Below are positions 46,345 to 57,639 of a stretch of DNA of 64,000 nt, piece by piece. Under the pieces are notes generated by a model. It had not been told where the DNA came from. It was given only the letters and a program-made list of their open reading frames with translations, and searched no databases. The stretch covers positions 2,891,905 through 2,955,904 of the forward strand of contig NC_083435.1 in NCBI RefSeq assembly GCF_020745735.1, written 5' to 3'. Made by a program: the position numbers and the translations under genes. This DNA comes from Hemiscyllium ocellatum (Eukaryota). Each line of letters begins with the position of its first letter. The first letter of the stretch is position 1.

Positions 46345-47312
46345 GTTCGGTGCTGGAAAAGCGCAGCAGGTCAGGCAGCATCCGAGGAGCAGGAGAATCA
46401 ACGTTTCAGGCATAAGCCCTTCCTCAGGAATGAGGCTGGGAGCTTCTGGGGGGGGTGGAGAGATAAATGGGAGGGGGGTGGGGCTGGGGAGAAGGTAGCT
46501 GAGAGCAGGATAGGTGGATGGAGGTGGGGGTAAGGGTGATAGGTCAGAGAGGAGGGTGGAGTGGATAGGTGGGAAGGGAGATTGACAGGTAGGACAGGTC
46601 ATGGGGACAGTGCTGAGCTGGAAGGTTGGAGCTGGGGTGAGGTGGGGGAAGGGGAAATGAGGAAACTGTTGGAGCCCACATTGATGCCCTGGGGTTGAAG
46701 GGTTCCGAGGCGGAAGATGAGGCGTTCTTCCTCCAGGCGTCTGGTGGTGAGGGAGCGGCGGTGAAGGAGGCCCAGGACCTCCATGTCCTCGGCAGAGTGG
46801 GAGGGGGAGTTGAAATGTTGGGCCACAAGGCGGTGCGATTGATTGGTGCGGGTGTCCCGGGGATGTTCCCTAAAGCACTCTGCTAGGAGGCGCCCAGTCT
46901 CCCCAATGTAGAGGAGACCGCATCGGGAGTAATGGATACAATAAATGATATTGGTGGATGTGCAGGTAAAACTTTGATGGATGTGGAAGGCTCCTTTAGG
47001 GCCTTGGATAGAGGTGAGGGAGGAGGTGTGGGCACAGGTTTTACAGTTCCTGCGGTGGCAGGGGAAGGTGCCAGGATGGGAGGGTGGGTTGTAGGGGGGC
47101 GTGTACCTGACCAGGTAGTCACGGAGGGAACGGTCCTTGCGGAAGGCGGAAAGGGGTGGGGAGGGAAATATATCCCTGGTGGCGGGGTCCGTTTGGAGGT
47201 GGTGGAAATGATTTGGTTTATGCGAATGGTTGGTAGGGTGGAAGGTGAGCACCAGGGGCGTTCTGTCCTTGTTACGGTTGGAGGGATGGGGTCTGAGGGC
47301 GGAGGTGCAGGA
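46345..47312 (-). mobile_element. Penelope-like element 3' part (GIY-YIG endonuclease) with hammerhead at 46395-46431
   Basis: ORF 46599-47486 has FTCTSTNIIYCIHYSRCGLLYIGETGR..EH..VAQHFNS..EEERLIFRLGTLQPQGIN. Downstream on the - strand: CUGAGGA-A-GGGC(UUAU)GCCU-GAAA-CGUU. Confidence 0.9.
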
Positions 47313-47629
47313 TATAGACGGATGGGTGGGTGGACGGATGGGCCAGAGGGAGCTGCCAGAGGATGTGGACGGGTGGATGGGCGGACGTCTTCTGTGTGTT
47401 TTGTTGTTTCTGTTAAACATCTTGCGATGGAATGGCGGGTCCAATGAGTGCTGAGACTTCACACGATAACAGGGAGAATGAGACACCTACTGTTTACTGG
47501 CCGTCCCTATTTACCCCTCACAATGAGTGGGAAGGGCAGCTAAAGGTCAACCACATTCACATGGAGGATGGATTATATGATGATGATAAGATCTCATGAG
47601 CAAGAGTGAGGCAGTTGGGAATCGCCAAC

Positions 47630-47910
47630 AAGATAGCAGAGTCACAGGGTCACAGAGATGTACAGCACGGAAACAGACCCTTCGGCCCAACCCCTCCATA
47701 CTGACCCAGATATCCCAACCTAATCTAGTCCCACCTGCCAGCACCCGGCCCATATCCGTCCAAACCCTCCCTATCCATATACCCGTCCAAATGCCTCTTT
47801 AAATGTTGTAATTGTACCAGCCCCCACCACATCCTCTGGCAGCTCATTCCATACACGTACCACCCTCTGGGTGAAAAAGTTGCCCCTTAGGTCTCTTTTA
47901 TATCCAGCAA
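47630..47910 (-). mobile_element. CR1 LINE extreme 3' end
   Basis: Near-duplicate of 43990-44230 (RGNFFTQRVVRVWNELPEDVV). Confidence 0.8.
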
Positions 47911-48009
47911 GACATGAATTCAAACAGAAAAGGCAGGAACTCTGCAGGTTCACTGCTGGGTCAGTTTCTTTCTCCCCATGATGTTATATATCACTTGTTA
48001 TGTTGTGGG

Positions 48010-48305
48010 GTGGTCAGCACTGCTGCCTCACAGCACCAGGGACCCAGGTTCGATTCCAGCCTTGGACGGCTGTGTGCGGAGTTTGCACGTTCTCCCCGTG
48101 TCTGCGTGGGTTTCCTCCGGGTGCTCCGGTTTCCTCCCACAGTCCAAAGACGTGCAGGTTAGGGTGGAGTGGCCATGGGAAATTGTCCCATAGTGTAAGG
48201 CGCATTAGTCAGAGGGAAATAGGTCTGGGTGGGTTCCTCTTCGGGAGGGGTCAGTGTGGACTGGTTGGGCTGAAGGGCCTCTTTCCATACTGTAGGGATT
48301 CTAAT
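48010..48305 (+). mobile_element. HE1-like V-SINE (5' end decayed)
   Basis: AGCACTGCTGCCTCACAG, GGTTCGATTCC, V-core. Contains a single, unexpanded copy of the segment that is amplified in the 53/56-bp arrays. Confidence 0.82.
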
Positions 48306-48552
48306 TATATTATCTGGCAGTACTGTGTTATCACCTAACTTTATTAACTCACTCAACAGCAGGTTTCATTGATGAATACCGGTTCCCATTCATTCATTAA
48401 TAACCCTTTGCTAACTTGTTATTTACTATAACATGGTTCCATTCGGAACACCATGGTTCTGTAGTATTCAAACTGAAAAAACAACCCTTTCAAAACCAGT
48501 CACGGTGGTTCCACACCTTATCAGTCCTAGCTGCAAATAGTGTTTACACCAT

Positions 48553-50253
48553 CACCACCCACCTCATACAGAACAATATCCTCCGCATCAAGTCCCACAC
48601 GTTATAATATTAACCAGCCCCTCACCACCCACCTCATACAGAACAATATCCTCCCCATCAAGTCCCGCACGTTATAATATTAACCAGCCCCTCACCACCC
48701 ACCTCATACAGAACAATACCCTCCCCATCAAGTCCCGCACGTTATAATATTAACCAGCCCCTCACCACCCACCTCATACAGAACAATATCCTCCGCATCA
48801 AGTCCCGCACGTTATAATATTAACCAGCCCCTCACCACCCACCTCATACAGAACAATACCCTCCCCATCAAGTCCCGCACGTTATAATATTAACCAGCCC
48901 CTCACCACCCACCTCATACAGAACAATACCCTCCCCATCAAGTCCCGCACGTTATAATATTAACCAGCCCCTCACCACCCACCTCATACAGAACAATACC
49001 CTCCCCATCAAGTCCCGCACGTTATAATATTAACCAGCCCCTCACCACCCAACTCATACAGAACAATACCCTCCCCATCAAGTCCCGCACGTTATAATAT
49101 TAACCAGCCCCTCACCACCCACCTCATACAGAACAATATCCTCCGCATCAAGTCCCACACGTTATAATATTAACCAGCCCCTCACCACCCACCTCATACA
49201 GAACAATATCCTCCGCATCAAGTCCCGCACGTTATAATATTAACCAGCCCCTCACCACCCACCTCATACAGAACAATACCCTCCCCATCAAGTCCCGCAC
49301 GTTATAATATTAACCAGCCCCTCACCACCCACCTCATACAGAACAATACCCTCCCCATCAAGTCCCGCACGTTATAATATTAACCAGCCCCTCACCACCC
49401 ACCTCATACAGAACAATACCCTCCCCATCAAGTCCCGCACGTTATAATATTAACCAGCCCCTCACCACCCACCTCATACAGAACAATACCCTCCCCATCA
49501 AGTCCCGCATGTTATAATATTAACCAGCCCCTCACCACCCACCTCATACAGAACAATACCCTCCCCATCAAGTCCCACACGTTATATTAACCAGCCCCTC
49601 ACCACCCACCTCATACAGAACAATACCCTCCCCATCAAGTCCCACACGTTATAATATTAACCAGCCCCTCACCACCCACCTCATACAGAACAATACCCTC
49701 CCCATCAAGTCCCGCACGTTATAATATTAACCAGCCCCTCACCACCCACCTCATACAGAACAATACCCTCCCCATCAAGTCCCACACGTTATAATATTAA
49801 CCAGCCCCTCACCACCCACCTCATACAGAACAATACCCTCCCCATCAAGTCCCACACGTTATATTAACCAGCCCCTCACCACCCACCTCATACAGAACAA
49901 TACCCTCCCCATCAAGTCCCGCACGTTATAATATTAACCAGCCCCTCACCACCCACCTCATACAGAACAATACCCTCCCCATCAAGTCCCGCACGTTATA
50001 ATATTAACCAGCCCCTCACCACCCACCTCATACAGAACAATACCCTCCCCATCAAGTCCCGCACGTTATAATATTAACCAGCCCCTCACCACCCACCTCA
50101 TACAGAACAATACCCTCCCCATCAAGTCCCGCACGTTATAATATTAACCAGCCCCTCACCACCCACCTCATACAGAACAATACCCTCCCCATCAAGTCCC
50201 GCACGTTATAATATTAACCAGCCCCTCACCACCCACCTCATACAGAACAATAC
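48553..50253 (+). repeat. 70-bp minisatellite, ~24 copies
   Basis: CACCACCCACCTCATACAGAACAATACCCTCCCCATCAAGTCCCGCACGTTATAATATTAACCAGCCCCT; period checked at 48601 and 48671. Confidence 0.97.
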
Positions 50254-51099
50254 CCAAGGACAAACACTTGCTCATTGTGGAAACAGACCGGACAGGACCG
50301 GACTGAACCGGACAGCTATCCCATCGGAAGCAGCAGGCAGCACCCAGTACATGTTTTAACCCATCTCCTGTCTCCCAGGAATGAAGCCCTTCAGACCTTT
50401 GTGTACTCAAGCTAAGGCAGTAACATGACAGTCGTGGAATTTTAATCCATGTCAGAGCTGTATTTCGGGATTGCATTGGAGCCTGGAATGTGTGCTGTAA
50501 TCATTGAATCAAAGCAGCCGGTCTCACCCCACTGACCGACGTTGGGCGGGATTGGAACATAATCCCAGAATACTCTGGACTGAAGTCCCACCGGGTGGCA
50601 TGGGGAGATGTGAGGCTGTAAATGGAGGTTTTTATCACCAGCGTGTGGGAGAAATGGGGTGAGAGGTGCATTGAAGACACAGTGCTGGTTAACTATCCCA
50701 GGAAGGGCTCCCTGCTCCTGCTCACACCTTTCACCCTGGGTTTTACCAGGGTGCCATACCGGAGGAAGCCGCCTGTGTAACACCTCGCCAGCTGCTCTCG
50801 GCTTGGCGCACCCCACATTGCTCTATCCACCCTCCACACCCAACAGGGGCTTTCACCGCAGCTTCGGAGCTCACTCCACTGCACACACAGTGTACCGGCT
50901 CGGGACAGGGTACGGGCTCGGGACAGTGTACCGGCTCGGGACAGTGTGGCCCCCCACTCTCTCCAATCCCACCTCCCCCAGCCCCAGCCCCAGTCCCCAA
51001 CCTACCCCAGTCCCACTCCCCAAAGACCAAATCACTCAATGACACCCCACGACCTTGCTCCCCAAACTCAGTGCCCCTTCTCCCCCTCCCCTCCCCCCC

Positions 51100-52770
51100 A
51101 CCTCGGTGACGACGGTATCTCCCCCCTCCCCTCCCCCCCACCTCGGTGACAACAGTATCTCCCCCCTCCCCGACTCCCCCAGCCTCGGTGACGACGGTAC
51201 CTCTCCCCTCCCCTCCCCCCCAGCCTCAGTGATGACGGTATCTCCCCCTCCCCCCCCAGCCTCGGTGACGACGGTATCTCCCCCTCCCCCCCAGCCTCGG
51301 TGACGACGGTATCTCCCCCCTCCCCTCCCCCCCCAGCCTCGGTGACGACGGTATCTCCCCCCTCCCCGACCCCCCAGCCTCGGTGACGACGGTATCTCCC
51401 CCCTCCCCGACCCCCCCAGCCTCGGTGACGACGGTATCTCCCCCTCCCCCCCAGCCTCGGTGACGACGGTACCTCCCCCCTCCCCGACCCCCCAGCCTCG
51501 GTGACGACGGTATCTCCCCCCTCCCCTCCCCCCCCAGCCTCGGTGACGACGGTATCTCCCCCCTCCCCGACCCCCCAGCCTCGGTGACGACGGTATCTCC
51601 CCCCTCCCCGACCCCCCCAGCCTCGGTGACGACGGTATCTCCCCCCTCCCCTCCCCCCCCAGCCTCGGTGACGACGGTATCTCCCCCCTCCCCGACCCCC
51701 CAGCCTCGGTGACGACGGTATCTCCCCCCTCCCCTCCCCCCCCAGCCTCGGTGACGACGGTATCTCCCCCCTCCCCGACCCCCCAGCCTCGGTGACGACG
51801 GTACCTCCCCCCTCCCCGACCCCCCAGCCTCGGTGACGACGGTATCTCCCCCCTCCCCGACCCCCCAGCCTCGGTGACGACGGTATCTCCCCCCTCCCCG
51901 ACCCCCCCAGCCTCGGTGACGACGGTATCTCCCCCTCCCCCCCAGCCTCGGTGACGACAGTACCTCCCCCCTCCCCGACCCCCCAGCCTCGGTGACGACG
52001 GTATCTCCCCCCTCCCCTCCCCCCCCAGCCTCGGTGACGACGGTATCTCCCCCCTCCCCGACCCCCCAGCCTCGGTGACGACGGTATCTCCCCCCTCCCC
52101 GACCCCCCCAGCCTCGGTGACGACGGTATCTCCCCCCTCCCCTCCCCCCCCAGCCTCGGTGACGACGGTATCTCCCCCCTCCCCGACCCCCCAGCCTCGG
52201 TGACGACGGTATCTCCCCCCTCCCCTCCCCCCCCAGCCTCGGTGACGACGGTATCTCCCCCCTCCCCGACCCCCCAGCCTCGGTGACGACGGTACCTCCC
52301 CCCTCCCCGACCCCCCAGCCTCGGTGACGACGGTATCTCCCCCCTCCCCGACCCCCCAGCCTCGGTGACGACGGTATCTCCCCCCTCCCCGACCCCCCAG
52401 CCTCGGTGACGACGGTACCTCCCCCCTCCCCGACCCCCCAGCCTCGGTGATGACGGTACCTCCCCCGACCCCCCAGCCTCGGTGACGACGGTATCTCCCC
52501 CCTCCCCGACCCCCCAGCCTCGGTGACGACGGTATCTCCCCCCTCCCCCTCCCCCCCAGCCTCGGTGACGACGGTATCTCCCCCCTCCCCTCCCCCCCCA
52601 GCCTCGGTGACGACGGTATCTCCCCCTCCCCCCCCAGCCTCGGTGACGACGGTACCTCCCCCCTCCCCGACCCCCCAGCCTCGGTGACGACGGTATCTCC
52701 CCCCTCCCCGACCCCCCAGCCTCGGTGACGACGGTACCTCCCCCCTCCCCGACCCCCCAGCCTCGGTGAT
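51100..52770 (+). repeat. ~35-43 bp C-rich, CpG-rich minisatellite (~40 copies)
   Basis: Core CAGCCTCGGTGACGACGGTATCT flanked by variable C runs. Confidence 0.96.
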
Positions 52771-53243
52771 CACTGATAGAATGACACAACAAATTGTAAC
52801 AAGAATTATACAAGGGGTTACAGTTTTAATTCAGGCTGTTGTGAAACTGCTGCTGGTCAGTGTGTCGATTCAGACTGTTGTCAGATACAGCACTAACCCA
52901 GCAGCTCCTGCAGCCTCCTGGGTTTCACGTTGACTCCAAGCTGGGAACATATTCAAGTGAAACCCTTTCCTCTCCACGATGCTGCCGGATTGGCCTAGAA
53001 TTGGAGCGGATTTTGTCGCTACACTTGGGTACAGCTTCCCCAGTCATCGGCTTTTAATTACAGAGAGGTGGGGCTCCAGGGAATGGGATCCAGGAGGATG
53101 GCAGACCCTGAGGGATAGAGTGTGAGAGCAGGGCCAACATGTGCCTTACATTGCGCAGAGTACTGTGGTCTGTCACTGAAGAGGAGATGGCCTGAGAGTT
53201 GGTTGCTGCAAAATCACTCCCAATCAGCTGCTTTTCTGCCGTA

Positions 53244-53249
53244 TTTATT
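53244..53249 (-). promoter_or_regulatory. Candidate GPANK1 polyadenylation signal AATAAA
   Basis: TTTATT on the + strand, about 590 nt downstream of the GPANK1 stop. Motif match only. Confidence 0.3.
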
Positions 53250-53840
53250 CATCGGTGTATATTGGGGTGTAACAGCACCTCCACTGGGAATAGATCGGTC
53301 TTCAGCCGGAGACCACGGGAGTGGCTTACTCATCGTTCAAGAGGCACAGGGTGACTCCACTCTCGCCTGACAGACCAAATGCTGGAAATGTGAAGTGCAG
53401 GTGGACAGAAACTGAGCCAACGTTTCAGGCTGATACTGCAGTGTTTTACCTCACCGAGGGACACCTGGTTCACCGTGAAATAACATTCCCCTCAGCCAGG
53501 AGGATGGCAGCAGCGAGAACGTCAGGCAGTTGACTGAAACGTCTGATGAACCCCCAGGAAACGGAGCACTCCCTGCCCCACACACGCACACACACGCGCA
53601 CGCACACACGCGCGTACACACACACACACACCCCCCTTGGGTTTGAACGTTTTGGCCACAGGATGGTGTCACCAACAAAGCAAAGCAGCACTCCCTCGTC
53701 ACTGCCTCACAGTGTCAGCCAGTCTGGGTGAGTAACACCGCGACCCAGGGGAGAAACATGCACCACGCCCGTAACACTGTGAGCAAACGCCAAACCCTTC
53801 CCAATGCACTTTGTAAACTGACACACCCCAAAGTCCGGTC

Positions 53841-54294
53841 TTAGAGGTTCATGTAAGTTCTCAGATCTTTCTCCCAGGTTTTCTCCCTAGCCAGTCGCCT
53901 GCGTTCCTCTCTCCTGCTGACCGTAGCAGCCCTTTGGACTCGCCTGCTCGGGGTCTTCGCTCGCTTCACTGCGTCACAATCGTTGGCGGCAAAGTGGGTG
54001 ACTTTCGGTTTCAAATCGCTCTGGAACCCGAGACCTCTCTGATCTCGCTTCAGCACGGTCTTTACCGGAAACTTCTGTCCCTTTCCAGCAGGCCCCAGTC
54101 CGGTCTCCCTATCCCAACCTTCCTTCAGCATCAGTTTGAAGCCGACGTTGGTTTCTGGGATGAAGTAGTGAGTTGTCACTGGCCTACCTTTCTTGTTGAA
54201 CAAGTGTAATGTTGACCTCTCGTGCTGTTCAACGCTGTCCTCCTCGTACTGCACATCACAAATCTGGCAGAATTTCTTTTGCTGCGGCTTCTCC
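53841..54294 (-). CDS. GPANK1: GPANK1 last coding exon (zinc-finger-like motif + G-patch)
   Basis: Acceptor TACCCTCCCAG (AG = 54296-95), phase 2. (R)EKPQQKKFCQICDV..HERSTLH..GFKLMLKEGWDRETGLG..TVLKRDQRGLG..KVTHF..WEKDLRTYMNL* matches human TVLKRDQEGLG..WERDLRTYMNLEF. Confidence 0.95.
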
Positions 54295-55359
54295 CTGGGA
54301 GGGTAAGGACAGTGCGTTATCATTTTTAAAACTCAGTACATTTTAAAACTCACCACCTTTTTGATTGTAAGTGCGTTCACGTATTGCTGCATTGATGAAG
54401 TCTCACCCTCCCTGGTGGTTCTAAGTTCCCAAGCACGGGATCGTCCTGGCAATAATATGGAGGACTTGTGCTCCAGAACGTGCCAGGCCCCTGGCCAAGT
54501 TATAACACCGACAATGTGGGGAATTGCCCGAGTGTGTCTGGTACACAAAAGGCAGGGCAAATCCAAACTACAAACAAAATCAGAAACCGCTGGAAAAACT
54601 CTGGAGGTCAGGCAGGGTCACTGCACCTGAAACATTAGCTCTGCTTTCTCTCTCCACAGATGCTGCCAGACCTGCTGAGTATTTCCAGCATCCACAGCTC
54701 TTTCTTTTGTTCTGAGAATTCCCAAGGTTCACGATCCTCATAAGGAGTGAAGGAATTTCCCATCTCGGTCCTGAAAGATTTGCCTCTGATCCTGAAGACA
54801 TGTCCCCCCCTTCAAGCTCTCAGCTTCCACCCTCTCAGATCCCCGTGCTAAGGAGTGAGATCACTTGGGAATCTTTCAAGTCCCAGAGAACACTGAGCCA
54901 GTTAACGTGTTGTTGCTGTTCACACCGACTGGCTGTTGCCACCCCCTGGCTTGCTGGAGGGTACGCACAGAGAAGGTGAGGAACCCATTGGGGATGTTAC
55001 ACACGAGTGGCAACGTCAGGAGCTGAACTAGGACGGGAGGCAGGAGGTGATAGGGAAAGGGAAAAGGAATACGTCACATCCACATTGTGGGATACCACAG
55101 ACACTGGCACTGACCCAACCCGACCTAACCCTTTCGGCAGCATGCTGGACTGGAACACAAGGCACTTACAGGGTCACAGAACTGTTACAGTGCACCAGGA
55201 GGCCATTCGACCCATCAAACCTGTGCTGGTTCTATTCCCCAATGCTAATCCCTCTCATTTTCAATGCCCCAATCGAACCTGCACCACCCCCACCCCCACA
55301 TTCCCAGGCAGTGTATCCCACACCCTCACTACGCGCTGTGGGATAAAGCCTTTCCTCAC

Positions 55360-55937
55360 CTTGGCTCTTGCCACTCTTCCCGGTGAGTATGAAATTCTTC
55401 AAGCGTTGTGATGATCTCTGCGTGGCCAGCCTGCCTGGCCAGATCCAACGCATCTTGGCCTGTGGAATCGCAGACTCCGATCCACGCTGCGCCACGGTTC
55501 AGTAAGTACTTCACCACCTCAGCCTGCCCACTGTACGCTGCACACATGGTGGCAGTCCAGTAGTAACTGTCCCGGAAGTTGATATCGCACACTGCCGTCT
55601 CCAGCAGCCTGCGAAGGGTTTTCAGGTCCCCGTCCTGAGCACACTTTAAGAGGAGGTGCCCGTTCCTCTCTGACACGGCAGGCTGGCTCCTTCCACCACT
55701 CTGCCCATCGGCCCTTTCTGGCCGTGACTTCGGCCGAATAACTCGACGCTTCCGACCGGAACTTGGACCTGCCTCACCATCCGCCGCAATCAGGCTCTCA
55801 TAGAAAGTTTTCACCTCATCTCCGGTCAAAGCTTCAACCCCGGGGCCGACCGGTGGAGATTCCCGACGTTCCCCGTTTTCCCAGGTATCGGTTTTCTCTT
55901 TGGCTCGGGTAAAAGTGATGAGGTTGATGTGCTCCAT
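55360..55937 (-). CDS. GPANK1: GPANK1 first coding exon (N-terminus + ankyrin repeats)
   Basis: ATG at 55937-35. MEHINLITFTRA..FYESLI..AQDGDLKTLRRLL..INFRDSYYWTATMCAA..YLLNRGAAWIGVC matches human MSRPLLITFTPA..FYEALI..YLLGRGAAWVGVC. Donor AG|GTGAGG, phase 2. The two exons total 1032 nt = 343 aa + stop. Confidence 0.95.
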
Positions 55938-56194
55938 GACAGAGAATGTTGTCGGTTTGTAGGTCTGTGTTTGAAACCTCACTTTCTTGCTGGAGACAGA
56001 CACTGCATAGCCCAGAGACCTTGCTGGGCAAGAGGAAAACAGACACAGCAATTACTGACAGTTTGTGAAAGTTACACCCAAACAAACACAAAACCCAATT
56101 CGACAGGCAATACTTACAGGCATCAGAGTAATAATAAATTGAGAATAAGATGAAAGAGGACGATTATGACATGAGCAAAGATTGGTACAAAACC

Positions 56195-56288
56195 GATTCC
56201 TGACAAAGGGCTCATGCCCGAAACGTCGATTCTCCTGCTCCTTGGATGTTGCCTGACCTGCTGTACTTTTCCAGCAACACATTTTCAG
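56195..56288 (+). mobile_element. Penelope terminal fragment (family A) with mutated hammerhead
   Basis: GATTC CTGACAA A GGGC TCAT GCCC GAAACGTC GATTCTCC; the core CUGANGA is changed to CUGACAA. Confidence 0.75.
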
Positions 56289-56329
56289 ACAAAATCCTAA
56301 TACTAGCAGGTTAACAGTGTCAGAGAGTC

Positions 56330-57430
56330 ACACAGTATGGACCAACCATAGCCTCAAACCAAACTAGGCCCACCTGCCTATTCCTGGCCCTTATCCCTCC
56401 AAACATTTCACACAAATGTGCTTACTCACGTGTTGTTTAAATGCTGAAATTGTACCCACATCCACCGCTCTGTCAGCAAGCTCATTCCACACACGACCCA
56501 CTGGCTGGGTAAAACAGGTACCCCTCATGTCCTCTTTAACTCATTCCCCTCTCACCTTAAATATGTGCCCCGCTTACCTTGAAATTCCCTATCCGAGGGA
56601 AAGGACAGCTGTTCCTAACAGCATCTACACCCCTCATGATTTTATCAACCGCTATAACAACCTCATCCCTCAATCTCCTCCGCTCCAGGGGAAAGGTCCC
56701 ACCAACCCAGTGCCTCCTTATAACTTCGACCCTCCATCCCAGGTAACACCCTGCTGAAACTTTTCTGAATCCTCTCCAGCTTAGTAATCTCCCTCTGAAA
56801 CAGGGCCAGCAGGACTGGACACAGTACTCCAGAAGACGCCTCACGGATATTCTGTACAACCTCATCGGGACGTCCCAAATCCTAAACGCAAAGGCCTGAT
56901 CAATAAAGGCCACGGCACTAAAACGCTTTCTGAACCACCGGCCGACATGTGATGCTAACTGCCCGAACCTCAGGGTCTCTCTGTTCTTACCAAAGGCCTT
57001 ATATTTACACAGGAACATCACAACTCGGAGCAGGAGTAGGCCATCCGGCACTTGGAGCCAGGCCCACCATTCAAAACATCAGGGCTGATCTTTTCCTGGC
57101 CTCAGCTCCACGTACCCAGCCTCTCAGCCTAACCCTTAATTCCATCATGGTTCAAACAGATAGCTATGGTGGCTTTAAAAACATTCACTGAAGGAGCGGT
57201 AGCCATTTCACTGGACAGGGAACTCCACAGATTCACAACCCTCTGGGTGAAGAGGTTCCTTCCCAGATCAGTATAAAAGTAGAAGTCCTGCCCCATGTGC
57301 ATGAACAAAATGCATTCCCTGGCATTTCTCCAAACCAAATTCCATTGGCCACTCCTCAGCCCAGGAACCCAATTGATCAAGATCTCTTTGTAACCTGAGA
57401 TAAGCTTCTTCGTTGCCCACCAGACCACTA
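56330..57430 (-). mobile_element. Degraded CR1 LINE fragments
   Basis: ORF 56557-57051 has LYRISVRRLLEYCVQSCWP..FPLERRRLR..VDKIMRGVD; a further RT-like piece lies at 57129-57428. Confidence 0.75.
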
Positions 57431-57639
57431 ATCCTAGAGATATTCAGATATTTATCACACAGACGCTGGGATATCGGGATAATGTCCCGACGTCACTACA
57501 CTGACAGGGATATTTATATATATTTATCACACCGACAGTGGGATATCACCCCAACATCACTACACTGACAGGGATATTTATATACATTTATCACACCGAC
57601 AGCGGGATAACGTCCCGACATCACTACACTGACAGGGAT

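Noticed and set aside
50732-50753. Perfect 8-bp hairpin CACCCTGG-GTTTTA-CCAGGGTG and overlapping short ORFs (50693-50884)
   Set aside because: An isolated stem of this size is plausible by chance in 64 kb, and no recognisable RNA family or protein motif is present.
55938-56051. N-terminal extension of GPANK1 given by the ORF track (TTG start)
   Set aside because: Homology starts at MEHINLITF (ATG 55937); the upstream part looks like 5' UTR/intron, with an acceptor-like ACACAG near 55965.
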